DNA of 48,668 bases, from positions 1 through 48,668 of IMG/VR virus record IMGVR_UViG_3300038393_000800; one strand, 5' to 3'. This DNA comes from a virus (Duplodnaviria > Caudoviricetes). The notes beneath the pieces were generated by a model. It searched no databases. It saw only the letters and a list, made by a program, of their open reading frames with translations, and was not told where the DNA came from. This document shows positions 26,091 through 35,800 of this stretch, in pieces. How positions within the stretch are numbered: the stretch's first letter is position 1; each line of letters starts with the position of its first letter. The position numbers and the translations under genes were made by a program.

Positions 26091-27035
26091 ATGGCCCGGA
26101 ATACTCAAAAGTCCAAGATTCAAAACGAACTCCTGGATGTTCTCGGTTGGCCCCGGATGCCCCTTCCTCAAGAAGGTGTCTATTTCTCCAAGGATGGCGC
26201 TAAGCTCGTGATGGAAATGCTCTCCGCTAAGAAGTCGACGAAAACGAAAGCGAAGAAGGAAGAAACTTCTGAGCAGCTTCATGCACGTATTGCCAAGTCA
26301 TTTGCCGACATTGCCGACATCACTGAAGGAACTATCGGAGGAGCCTTCCGAGCGACCATTATCTCTGGTCCTCCCGGACTTGGAAAGTCCTATACCGTTG
26401 AAGAGAAAATCAAAGCGTTTGATCCCAACGGCGTTAACTCGACGATCATCAGTGGAAAAATGACTCCTCCGGCTCTCTTTAAGCAGCTTTGGGATCATCG
26501 CGAAGAGGGTCAAATTCTGGTCATCGACGACTGCGACAACATCTTCCAAGACGATGTTTCTCTCAATCTTCTCAAAGCCGCTTGCGACTCACAAACAAAT
26601 CGTCCTCGGGTGGTTTCTTATCTCTCAGAAGCTCCTCCAAAGACGTCGGATAAAGATGGCTCGATGATCGAGCAGCGCTTTGAGTTCAATGGAACGATCA
26701 TCTTCATTACCAACACCGATTTCGACGACTACATCGAGCGCGGCAATCGCTTAGCACCTCACTTTGAAGCACTGAAGTCAAGGTCCATGTACATCTCTCT
26801 CGAGATGAGAACGATGAAGGAATATATGGTTCGAGTCGAGCAGATCGCTGACGCTATCTTCGAGAAGCATGGAAAAACTTGTCAGAGGGATGTTCTCGAG
26901 TTCATGAACAAGAACATCCACAACTTGAGTGAAGTGTCGGCTCGAATGGCTACTAAGATCGCCGGCATCCGCAAGGCGATGCCCGACAGATGGAAGGGAA
27001 TGGCTGCTCGGACTTGCTTCAAGAAAGAGTTCTGA
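26091..27035 (+). CDS. AAA+/P-loop ATPase of unknown function
   Basis: Walker A GPPGLGKS, Walker B ILVIDDCD, sensor-1 IIFITN, ALKSR arginine finger; GGAG RBS before ATG at 26091. Confidence 0.85.
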   Translation: MARNTQKSKIQNELLDVLGWPRMPLPQEGVYFSKDGAKLVMEMLSAKKSTKTKAKKEETSEQLHARIAKSFADIADITEGTIGGAFRATIISGPPGLGKSYTVEEKIKAFDPNGVNSTIISGKMTPPALFKQLWDHREEGQILVIDDCDNIFQDDVSLNLLKAACDSQTNRPRVVSYLSEAPPKTSDKDGSMIEQRFEFNGTIIFITNTDFDDYIERGNRLAPHFEALKSRSMYISLEMRTMKEYMVRVEQIADAIFEKHGKTCQRDVLEFMNKNIHNLSEVSARMATKIAGIRKAMPDRWKGMAARTCFKKEF

Positions 27036-27047
27036 ACGTCCAAAACA

Positions 27048-27069
27048 GGGAGGGTATAACATCCCTCCC
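27048..27069 (+). terminator. Hairpin after the ATPase gene
   Basis: GGGAGGG-N8-CCCTCCC; no strong U tract. Confidence 0.4.
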
Positions 27070-27110
27070 TCCCACATTCAAATCATCCGCGATCATTCTA
27101 GGAGGAAATC

Positions 27111-27305
27111 GTGTCCAGAACTCATGAAATCGAGCAAGCAATCATCGACTCGCTTCATCAAGCGATCAGAGCAGGGACGTTTGTTATCCCTGGTGTGTTT
27201 GGTGAGGTGACATTCAGGGGACGAACAAAGCGTTCCATCAGCTTCACAGTCGGTGGCCTTATGGGTCAGCGTCAGAATTTCATCATCAGGATTCAAGAGA
27301 ATTGA
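27111..27305 (+). CDS. Hypothetical protein
   Basis: AGGAGG RBS with GTG start. Confidence 0.6.
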   Translation: MSRTHEIEQAIIDSLHQAIRAGTFVIPGVFGEVTFRGRTKRSISFTVGGLMGQRQNFIIRIQEN

Positions 27306-27343
27306 GCGGAATCCCTCCGCTCATTTGAAGAGGAGTGTGTGTT

Positions 27344-27784
27344 ATGGTTAAGTTCTTTTTGACAACTGCAGCGGCTCTAGTACTTGGAACGCAAGCGTAT
27401 GCAAGTGAAAGTGTCGACATTCAGAATCAGTGCAGCAACTCGGCTCAGGCTGCAATCAACATGATCACCGATGAGATCCAAGCGAGCTTCAATGAAGCGG
27501 ACAAGAAGATCGATGCTCTGAAGCCAACGGAGCGGAAGCGAGTTCGAAAAGAGCTCGGCATCGTTCGGAATGAGCCAGTTCGGTTCAGGCTCGTGGGAGA
27601 CGCGATCGCAGTCAAGCGTGAGGACAACATCACTTTCTGTGCCATGCGCCTGGATTCCGACAACCGACGCATTCAAAACGTCAAGCTTCATACGCAGCAG
27701 AAGTCGCTTCCCTTTGTCTTCGCGGTGCGGCCGAATCCCGATGGTTCCGGCCCACAAGTGGGGATAATCGATCAGACCAAATAA
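27344..27784 (+). CDS. Secreted/periplasmic hypothetical protein
   Basis: Signal peptide MVKFFLTTAAALVLGTQAYA; two Cys; GAGGAG RBS. Confidence 0.7.
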   Translation: MVKFFLTTAAALVLGTQAYASESVDIQNQCSNSAQAAINMITDEIQASFNEADKKIDALKPTERKRVRKELGIVRNEPVRFRLVGDAIAVKREDNITFCAMRLDSDNRRIQNVKLHTQQKSLPFVFAVRPNPDGSGPQVGIIDQTK

Positions 27785-27841
27785 CCGATGTACAACGCCG
27801 GCGATCGTGATATAGTCGATACGTGAACAGGAGAGTGATTA

Positions 27842-28090
27842 ATGGCTCAGATAGATGAACTTCCACGATCGATCCTGGAGCAGATCAAATCAAATGAGCT
27901 GACTCCACCGAACACCCTGAAAGTGATTACTCGACTACCAGTGTCCATCACTTACATCAACGATGATCTGACGCTGAAGACGCATCCAATGCTCTGCAGC
28001 TATCTCGACATGAAAATCGTGGTTATCTACATCGACATACCTGGAGACGAACAGGGTACTCAGGCGATCGACGCTTTTCTCATCGAATAA
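27842..28090 (+). CDS. Hypothetical protein
   Basis: AGGAG RBS. Confidence 0.6.
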   Translation: MAQIDELPRSILEQIKSNELTPPNTLKVITRLPVSITYINDDLTLKTHPMLCSYLDMKIVVIYIDIPGDEQGTQAIDAFLIE

Positions 28091-28115
28091 TAGTCGACTA
28101 CCATCGACTAGATGA

Positions 28116-28140
28116 AGGCTCCGGAGTGATCTGGAGCCTT
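28116..28140. terminator. Terminator hairpin between convergent genes
   Basis: AAGGCTCCGGA-GTGA-TCTGGAGCCTT followed by TTATT. Confidence 0.7.
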
Positions 28141-29012
28141 TATTCGTTCAGGGATTTGGTCAGGCTTCGGGCCAAGCTCGGTGCGTAGTTCACATCGATC
28201 AATGTGATTAGCTTATTAGCTTCATTCTTTTCATTTTCCCAATCATAGTAAGTGACCGGTTCCCAAAAATCTCCCTCCTCCAGAGGGATGTTCTGGACTA
28301 GGGTAGTCACCCTAACGATCGACGCAGAAGTCCCTCCGTGTCCTTCTATCGAGGAAGAAGTGTCGTCGTAGGTGCCTATCAGATTCTTTACGTATATGGA
28401 ACCACCATCTGTAACTTGAACAATCTCACCAAAACCAATGTTCACATCACGACGAAAGTCAATGAGTTCCCCAACACTGAAGCCAGGTTCACTTACGTTG
28501 TCTACGTCGATCTTCACTATGCAGTTGGTGTCTACTGTCCAATCATCTTGACGCCTGCGATACGAAAGGATCTTCGAACCAATACCGTAATTGGGTATCC
28601 AATATTTCTTCAGCACTTCAGGCTGGTTCTCATAAAATCCTACTGATACGTTGAGCTCGGCGTCTGCCCAGTTAACTGTCCAATGGTGAATGCGAAGTTG
28701 CGGGTCTTCAATGGATCCGTATTTGTTCTCGATGTGTTTACCGAACTCATCGTCGGTCAGATACCAACCATAATACGGATCAATGATTCCATTCGACAGA
28801 TACGTTATCCACTCAACGTTTGGATCACCGTAGTAGTCGAATGCAAGTGTATCGGGTCGCATCTCATTCGTGAGTGTGAATGGATAGAAAACATTCGGTT
28901 GTCTGAGGATTGAATCTGATAGTCTCACTCGACGAGTCAGATCGATCGTCTGTTTACCTCTATATTCAATGATTGGAAAACGGCTGAAGTAGCCTGAATC
29001 GCTTGATGCCAT
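28140..29012 (-). CDS. gp53: Baseplate wedge subunit gp53
   Basis: YFSRFPIIEY, RPDTLAFDYYGDP..W...LSNGIIDPY..W, KYGS, IHHW, and VTYYDWE...NE..K.I.LI motifs. Confidence 0.9.
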   Translation of the reverse strand: MASSDSGYFSRFPIIEYRGKQTIDLTRRVRLSDSILRQPNVFYPFTLTNEMRPDTLAFDYYGDPNVEWITYLSNGIIDPYYGWYLTDDEFGKHIENKYGSIEDPQLRIHHWTVNWADAELNVSVGFYENQPEVLKKYWIPNYGIGSKILSYRRRQDDWTVDTNCIVKIDVDNVSEPGFSVGELIDFRRDVNIGFGEIVQVTDGGSIYVKNLIGTYDDTSSSIEGHGGTSASIVRVTTLVQNIPLEEGDFWEPVTYYDWENEKNEANKLITLIDVNYAPSLARSLTKSLNE

Positions 29013-30049
29013 TATGGTGTTCTCGTTGATACATCGTTGGGATCATTGTTGTCTGAGTAGTTCTGATTAAGCCAGAACTCCAACTCAAGAAGATTCATCT
29101 CAATCTGCAAAAGACTCGGAGGATAATCTTGACCATTAGAAGAAGCTGAAGATCGCTTAAAGCTCGGAATGCCCGTACCTCCCGTGTAGTCTACAGTGAA
29201 GCTCTCAACAACAGCCGGTTTAAATTTATACATGAACTGTGAGTTCGGCATGATAGATAAACGAAAGACTGATGGAAATGTAAATATAGCTCCACCTGCT
29301 ATAACACCCGGCGCTTTAGCGTTGTTGATCACGTTGATGATCTGCTGTAAGTTCTTAGCCTCTTGAGGATTATGCGGGGAAACCAACCAGCGAAGTGAGT
29401 GTCTTTTATAAGCTGGTCCCTTCAGAAGAATCGTCAAGAACTGATTAGGCGTATAGCCAGCGAGTCGAGCTGCGTTCGTTCCAAGACTCCTCATTAAAGT
29501 TCCTGGAATTCCAGTTCTATTAGCAGCAAATCCAGTGACTGCACCAGCAACAGCAGCCGCACCAAGACCAGCTGCGAGAGGACCATTATCACTGACACTC
29601 TGAGTTATTCCAGACGTGGCATCTTGAGCGTTGTTGATGGCGTTGCGTGAGTTAGCAAAGATCTGAGCTGCACCGCCTCCACCCATCGTTAGCTCCGCCT
29701 GATCATAAGTCACCATATTAGCATCAGTTAACATCTGAGGTAGAGGCATGATGATCGAGTTCTGGTGATCCATTCTTGATACTTGAAACATGTTTCCACC
29801 CTGACCATCAAACCGATGATATCCCAAGATCTCAATGGCAACGTAGAACTTTGGACGATCACCTGGAAACGTCAGCGTATCGATCGTAGTAGTCCTCTTG
29901 ATCGAGAAATTCACAGCGTCGACGGGAGGAATTGAGATGTTAGCGCCTGATCGATACATCTCAGCGGCTGTTGGTCCCTGTATGTTGGGAACTTGGTTTA
30001 TCGAACCTATCGATAGATTAGATAAAACGTCGCTGCTCAGAGATGCCAT
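29012..30049 (-). CDS. gp48: Baseplate tail-tube cap gp48
   Basis: I.MPLP...D...Y, NQF...L.GP..KRH...W...PHN..EA, FPSVF, and V.YT...F.....P.....L.ELE; adjacent to gp53 and divergent from gp4. Confidence 0.85.
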   Translation of the reverse strand: MASLSSDVLSNLSIGSINQVPNIQGPTAAEMYRSGANISIPPVDAVNFSIKRTTTIDTLTFPGDRPKFYVAIEILGYHRFDGQGGNMFQVSRMDHQNSIIMPLPQMLTDANMVTYDQAELTMGGGGAAQIFANSRNAINNAQDATSGITQSVSDNGPLAAGLGAAAVAGAVTGFAANRTGIPGTLMRSLGTNAARLAGYTPNQFLTILLKGPAYKRHSLRWLVSPHNPQEAKNLQQIINVINNAKAPGVIAGGAIFTFPSVFRLSIMPNSQFMYKFKPAVVESFTVDYTGGTGIPSFKRSSASSNGQDYPPSLLQIEMNLLELEFWLNQNYSDNNDPNDVSTRTP

Positions 30050-30072
30050 TTAACTTCCTCGTTTCTTTCTAT

Positions 30073-30093
30073 TATTTAGGCAGCGGCTAAATA
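30073..30093. promoter_or_regulatory. Back-to-back late promoters (CTAAATA on both strands)
   Basis: TATTTAG at 30073-30079 and CTAAATA at 30087-30093, between the divergent gp48 and gp4 genes. Confidence 0.75.
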
Positions 30094-30098
30094 GTGGT

Positions 30099-30557
30099 AT
30101 GAAAGGGAAGTTCAAGCCAAAAAATCCTAAGAAGTACGTCGGCGATCTGACGAACATCGTCTATCGCTCTTCATGGGAAATGAAGTGTATGTCTGATCTC
30201 GATAACTCACCGAGCGTTGAAGCTTGGAGTTCAGAAGGTATGGCTATTCCCTATAAGGACCCATCGAAGAGAAATCCAGACAAGAGTCTGGGTAAGTGGA
30301 GACATTACTATCCAGACTTCATCGTCAAGAAGCGCGGCGAAGATGGTAAAGTCGAGACGCTCGTAATTGAAATAAAACCCGCTCATGAGATGAAACCACC
30401 AGTGACTAAAGGAAAGACGAAGAGAAAGCTCCTAAAGGAATCGGCTACGTTTGCCACGAATCTTAGTAAATGGAAAGCTTGCAAAGCGTTCTGTGACAAG
30501 CAGGGGTGGAGATTTATGGTTTTGAATGAATACGACCTAGGACTCAAGAAGAGGTAG
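30099..30557 (+). CDS. gp4: Head completion nuclease gp4 (TnsA-like PD-(D/E)xK)
   Basis: KGKFKPKNPKKYVGD, VYRSSWE, WSSE...IPY, YYPDF, IEIKP and N..KW.A motifs. Confidence 0.95.
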   Translation: MKGKFKPKNPKKYVGDLTNIVYRSSWEMKCMSDLDNSPSVEAWSSEGMAIPYKDPSKRNPDKSLGKWRHYYPDFIVKKRGEDGKVETLVIEIKPAHEMKPPVTKGKTKRKLLKESATFATNLSKWKACKAFCDKQGWRFMVLNEYDLGLKKR

Positions 30558-30559
30558 AT

Positions 30560-31225
30560 ATGGCAATAACACTTGAAGATCTCCTAAGACGCGGTGGAAA
30601 GCCTCTAGAAGATAAAAAGCGCGGGTCAGTCGAATGGTTCTTTCGCGTCGTTCGCGGCATTCGAAAAGAGAAGGATGAGAAGGGTACACCGAAAACGAGA
30701 ACTGGATACACGACCAAGAGCGGTGAACTCGTTGGTCAGATGGTCATGTTCTCATATGATCCTAAGCACAAGGATACACTTCCATACTATGATAGGTATC
30801 CGGTCGTCGTGCCTCTATCCTTAGACAGCGACTCCATGCTCGGTCTGAATCTCCATTATCTTCCTCCTCGAGTCAGGCTCGCTTTCGTACGGGCACTTGA
30901 GGAACTAGCGGAAGAGACGAACGGTGTCAGGAGATTAAGGATATCATACGGCATCGTCAAGAGCGCTAAAGCTCTAGCATACTACGCACCGTGCATTAAG
31001 AGATACCTTCACGGGCACGTTAGGTCTCAGATAGTCAACATCGATGATCGCGAATGGGAACAGGCTTGCCTCCTTCCAATAGCACGATGGGTCGGTGCTA
31101 ACGAGCAGCAGGTATGGAGCGACTCTCTGTCGGGTAAGCGACCCAAGAGCAGGAGTCGAGTCAAGAGAGACGCTAGAGTAAAGAAAGCCCGCACAGCTAA
31201 AGGAAGAACTACGTCTAAATCATGA
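30560..31225 (+). CDS. gp2: DNA end protector gp2
   Basis: YDPKHKDTLPYYDRYP, GLNLHYLP, PCIKRYL..HVRS. Confidence 0.95.
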   Translation: MAITLEDLLRRGGKPLEDKKRGSVEWFFRVVRGIRKEKDEKGTPKTRTGYTTKSGELVGQMVMFSYDPKHKDTLPYYDRYPVVVPLSLDSDSMLGLNLHYLPPRVRLAFVRALEELAEETNGVRRLRISYGIVKSAKALAYYAPCIKRYLHGHVRSQIVNIDDREWEQACLLPIARWVGANEQQVWSDSLSGKRPKSRSRVKRDARVKKARTAKGRTTSKS

Positions 31226-31233
31226 TGCCGAAC

Positions 31234-31240
31234 ATAAATA
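31234..31240 (+). promoter_or_regulatory. Late promoter ATAAATA
   Basis: Upstream of the gp54-like gene. Confidence 0.6.
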
Positions 31241-31257
31241 CTCAAAAGGAATAGAAA

Positions 31258-31905
31258 TTGCCGGTAGTTGGATTTAATATAGACGCTTTCTCAGCGGCCG
31301 TGTCCAGACGAGGACTACTCTCCACGAACCTCTTCATGGCTTACTTTCCCATTCCTCCTGGAATGCAGGGAAGAGGTTCAGAAGCTACGTTTACTGAAGT
31401 CGCCCGTGAGATGAATCTCTGGTGTGACTCAGGTGCTATCCCCGAGATCTTCTACAACACAGTCGACGTTCGTCGATATGGTTTTGGTCCGACTGAGAAA
31501 GTTGCTACAAACGCTGTGTTTCAAGATATGCCCCTGACGTTTCTAGTGGACGCCAACGCTCGAACTTGGCAGTTCTTTCGCGAATGGGTTCTGATGGTCC
31601 AAAACTTCAACGCTTCGAACGGTGTTGATCCAATCACACCGACTGGAAACATTTCAGGACAGAGGATCGGAACGTATGAGTCGGGTTATATGGAGGACAT
31701 CGCCACTAACGTAGTAGTCTCAGCGTTCTCCGATGATGGAACTGAGCGAGTCAGAACGGTGCTTAGGCAGGCGTGGCCCGTGGCAGTCTCACCGATTAAA
31801 CTGGGATGGGGAGATAAGAGCAACTTGGCGAAGTTCACAGCAGTCTTTACGTATATGGACTGGTATCACGATTTCGACACACCAGCAGTTAATTTTGATC
31901 AATAG
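31258..31905 (+). CDS. gp54: Tail tube initiator, gp54-like (gp19 fold)
   Basis: GL...NLF, C....IP, LTFLVD......FF.EW, AWP..V..I.L.W and F.Y..W; position between gp2 and gp26. Confidence 0.75.
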   Translation: MPVVGFNIDAFSAAVSRRGLLSTNLFMAYFPIPPGMQGRGSEATFTEVAREMNLWCDSGAIPEIFYNTVDVRRYGFGPTEKVATNAVFQDMPLTFLVDANARTWQFFREWVLMVQNFNASNGVDPITPTGNISGQRIGTYESGYMEDIATNVVVSAFSDDGTERVRTVLRQAWPVAVSPIKLGWGDKSNLAKFTAVFTYMDWYHDFDTPAVNFDQ

Positions 31906-31918
31906 GAGTCTATAGAAT

Positions 31919-32599
31919 ATGCTACCAAAGCTCGACCAACCCGTTTTAAGAATCACTATCCCAAGTATGGGAATAGAGGGAAAGTTTAGACCGATGTTAG
32001 TGAAAGAGGAGCGCTTGCTCCTGATCGCTAAGCAGTCTTCTGATCCTGAAGACGTACTGCTTACCGTTAAGCAAGTGATATCCAACTGCTCATTGGACGA
32101 TGGATTTCAGATAGATAAGCTTGCTATGTTTGACATTGAGTGGTTGTTCATCCGCATCAGAGCTCTGTCAGTCTCCAACATCATTGAGCAGACTTATGAA
32201 GATAGAGAAGACGGAAAAGAATACAAGCTCAAGATTGATCTCGATCTGATCGAGATGCCTAAGATAGATGGTGTCAATAGAGACATCGACTTAAATGGTG
32301 TTGGTTTCTTAAGGCTTCGGTTTCCTCCGGCTAGCCTCTACTCGACTAAGAAATCTGAGTCAGACGCTCTGTTTGAGTGTGCTGAAGCTATCTACAACGG
32401 CGATCAAGTAACGCCGATCGATTCTAAAGAAGAGTTTGATAAATGGTATGAGGATCTTCCGATCAACGTCTCGAATCAGATAGATGAATTCTTCTCAAAG
32501 ATACCTTCTATGAAGCTTGATCTTAGATATACAAACTCACTTGGATCAGAAAGGAAGATAGAACTTAGAACGCTATCAGATTTTTTCGATTTGCGCTAA
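31919..32599 (+). CDS. gp26: Baseplate hub assembly protein gp26
   Basis: MLPKLD.P, KFRPMLVKEE.LLL.A, FDIEWLFIRIRA.SV, FF..IP, and C-terminal L.DFF. Confidence 0.9.
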   Translation: MLPKLDQPVLRITIPSMGIEGKFRPMLVKEERLLLIAKQSSDPEDVLLTVKQVISNCSLDDGFQIDKLAMFDIEWLFIRIRALSVSNIIEQTYEDREDGKEYKLKIDLDLIEMPKIDGVNRDIDLNGVGFLRLRFPPASLYSTKKSESDALFECAEAIYNGDQVTPIDSKEEFDKWYEDLPINVSNQIDEFFSKIPSMKLDLRYTNSLGSERKIELRTLSDFFDLR

Positions 32600-32754
32600 G
32601 TCACAACGACTTAGCGAGCTTTTATCGACTGACTTTTGACTTAGTCCAACACCATAAGTGGTCTTTAAATGAGATAATGAATCTGATACCCTTTGAACGA
32701 GATATCTACGTCAAGATGTTAGTTGATTACCTAGAGAGAACGAAGAAAGAGTAA
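32581..32754 (+). CDS. gp51: gp51-like baseplate hub assembly domain; no own start, probably a -1 frameshift extension of gp26
   Basis: Frame reads FFRFALSHNDLASFYRLTFDLVQHHKWSLNEIMNLIPFERDIYVKMLVDYLERTKKE*. It is closed upstream by TAG at 32566-32568; slippery T TTT TTC at 32581-32587. Confidence 0.8.
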   Translation, partial: FFRFALSHNDLASFYRLTFDLVQHHKWSLNEIMNLIPFERDIYVKMLVDYLERTKKE

Positions 32755-32825
32755 TGTTATCTGATTCACGCGCCGCGTTACACGCGATACTATCACACCT
32801 TTAGTAAAACTGTCAAGGAAAAAAC

Positions 32826-35800
32826 GTGGCTGACGGCAATAAAAACGTACCGAAAAAAGTAGATCCAGTTGCTCCCGGTTCATCTAAGAGTAAGAAACTC
32901 ATGAATGAGTTCTTTCATGGAGCTCTAGAGGGACTGACTGTCAACTATGGGCAGAGTCAGGGACAGTACGTCGACTCACCAGTGGGAAATGGGCTCTTCA
33001 CTCGACAGAATACTAATAAAGATGTTTCAAAATACACACCTGGAAAAGCCTATAGTTCAAATCTCCTATCACGATTCTCTCCTTCCGCTAGCTTCAAGGA
33101 AGTTGCAGTCAGGCGCATCGGCACCACGCAGATACACTCTGGTGATTCCAATGTAGATAAAGCTGTATCCGATGCACTTAACGACGTATCAGACGTCGTC
33201 AATGTTTTTCAAGATAACGTTCGAAAAGCTTTTAAAGCAACCGACAAGAGGCTCTCGAATCTTGAAACGGATGTTAAGCGCGTAGACAAACGACTGAGAA
33301 CAGTTGAGAACGACAACCGCAACATCACGAAAAAGCTACGAGAGCTAGCGAAACCCGTTGTATCAGGGAGAACTATCGACCCAAAAGAAATAAAGACGAC
33401 TCTTCCGACTCCTAACAATGGAATAGCAAATACTGCTACTGACTCTAAATCGTCTCTCGTTGGGAATGCTCTGACTACAGCCGTTGAGGGAATCATCGGT
33501 GCCAGAGCACTCAAAGCCCTGAAGCTATTGGGATCAACAGCATTCATCGGAAGTATAGGTGCCGCGACTTATGAGATGCGACGAACATCGGAAGATAAGA
33601 AGTCGATGTACGACTCCGATGTTAAAGAATACGGTCAGACTAAAGCGGACGTTCTCAAGGACAGGCGCAACTTTGGCATCACTGGATGGCTCAACAATCG
33701 TTTAGACGACGTATACGAGAAGTTCGCCGGCAAAAAGAAAAAGGACGAAAAAACGGCCTCCGCTTCTGACAAAGCGAAAGAGTTTCCATCAGAAGATTTA
33801 GATTTCAAGACAAAAGGTATGCTGACGCTTGAGTCTGATAAAGACGCAGTCATCACTTCTAAGACTAAGATCACACTCAAGGCACCTGAGATTGTCATCG
33901 ATGGTCACCTTAACATCAAGCAGCATATAACATCGTCCAGCGTAGTCACTGAGTCGCCGAATCCTGACAAGACACGCGCGGAAGAAGTCGGGAGTAAGTC
34001 TACTCCCGAAACAGGAACTCCTCAGCTACAGAGCACGCCAAACGCCAGCGTTGTCGCGCCAGTCACGCCGGTTCGCCCTGATCTGACTACGGCTGGCCCG
34101 ACCATCTCTCCACAGAGCCAAATGAGTCAGCCGCAAGCTCCTGAGAACTTTACATTGACGAAGGGATATCATCCGAGAGGAACACCCTCACTCGAAACAC
34201 TTCCTACAACTTCTCAGGGAACGCAGAGCCCAATGGGAAAGACAATGGGACCAGTGAACGTCGGTCCCATTCCTTCTGGAAGCGCCTTGAAGGGAGACGC
34301 TTTAAGGAGAGGAGTCTATCAAGCGTTTAGAAATGCTGGTTACTCACATCAGGGCGCTTTAACTCTGTCAGGTGAAGTAGCACGTGAGAATTCATTTAAT
34401 CCGAATTTAGTCTTTGGAAATCACGTTGATCCAGCAAATGGTGCTCGAAATTCGGGAATGTTTTCCTGGCAGGGATCTCGTAACAAAGAGCTGATGAAGT
34501 TCTTAGCTGATCACGGTGCTTTGGATAAAAACGGTAACATCATACGTGATCAGAACGCTCTCAACGCACAGGCTCTGTTTATTAAGAGTGAATTAAGTAA
34601 AAAAGAATACGGTGGTGGAAAGTATAATGATATGCTTTCTCAGAAGAACGTTGATAGAAACGCTGCAGCTGATGCATTAGGCAAACACTACATTAAGTGG
34701 CGGATCGATGATCCTAGATATCGCGCTGCGGGTATACGCAACAGAACGCGTGGATATGATCAGACTGCTCGAGCCATTGAAGCAGTTCAGAGTAGACAAG
34801 TAGCTTCTCTTGATCCCACGTTTGGAGTCGGAAAACAGGACGGTGTTCTTAAAATCATTAAACCAAAAGACGTCTATAACAGCCTGACTGCTAAAGCTAA
34901 CTACATGCAACCATCTCAGTATGGAGCACCCGGAACGAACATCGTCTCGGTTAAGACTGCAGGTGGACATAAATTCAAGATCAACGCAGCGTCAAAAGAA
35001 GCTTTTCAGAGAACGATTGAAGATCTGGAGCGAGCGGGCATGCCTCTCGGTCAGATAGGTGGATATAATCCTAGACCCGGCGGTATAGGTGGTCGAGGAA
35101 AGATGAGCCAGCATGCCATGGGCAACGCTATGGACATTGGATCTCAGTCAGCTCGAGATGTAATCTCTAAAGCTTCACGAGAGTGGATTGAGAAGCATCC
35201 TAAGCTCTGGCGTGAGATTCTAGATCGAAACGGAATGATCTCGGGAGGTGACTGGAGAAATCCCGATCTGGGACACTTGGAGTGGTCGGGACGCAAACCA
35301 TGGCTTGAGAATCCCGAATTATACGATGAGCGTCAGAAAAAGAACACAGCAGTTATTGAACCTCGCGCGGCCGGCGAGATGCCTCCAGTCCAAGACTTGA
35401 CGATGACTAAAGCTGAGTCAACGGGAGAAGAGACTGATAAACAAAAACCCATTCAAGAAACACAGAAGGACGCTTCTCCAAGAAAAGCAACTCCTCTCGG
35501 GGATCAGACTCTGAAGGAGTACGATCAAGCTTTTAATACGCCTCCAGTTCAGACTCTGGAAATGACTCCTTCACAAGATCAGGCAGCGAAAGCACCAAAT
35601 CTTGAAAAAGATCAGCAGCAGGATGCTCAACCAGTTTCTCCTACACCGCCCAACCTTGAGAACAAAGACGATGCCCAACAATCTAATGAGAAGCAAGCTC
35701 CGGAAGATCAAAGCGCTCCAGGCCCTACTAGAGAATACACAAGTACAGGACCAAGCGGTATAGAGGAACCATCGTCGTACATTCGAGCACCCAGACACGA

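Noticed and set aside
30099-30557. TnsA transposase of a Tn7-like element
   Set aside because: The fold is shared, but the sequence and the position between gp48 and gp2 identify it as T4 gp4 head completion protein.
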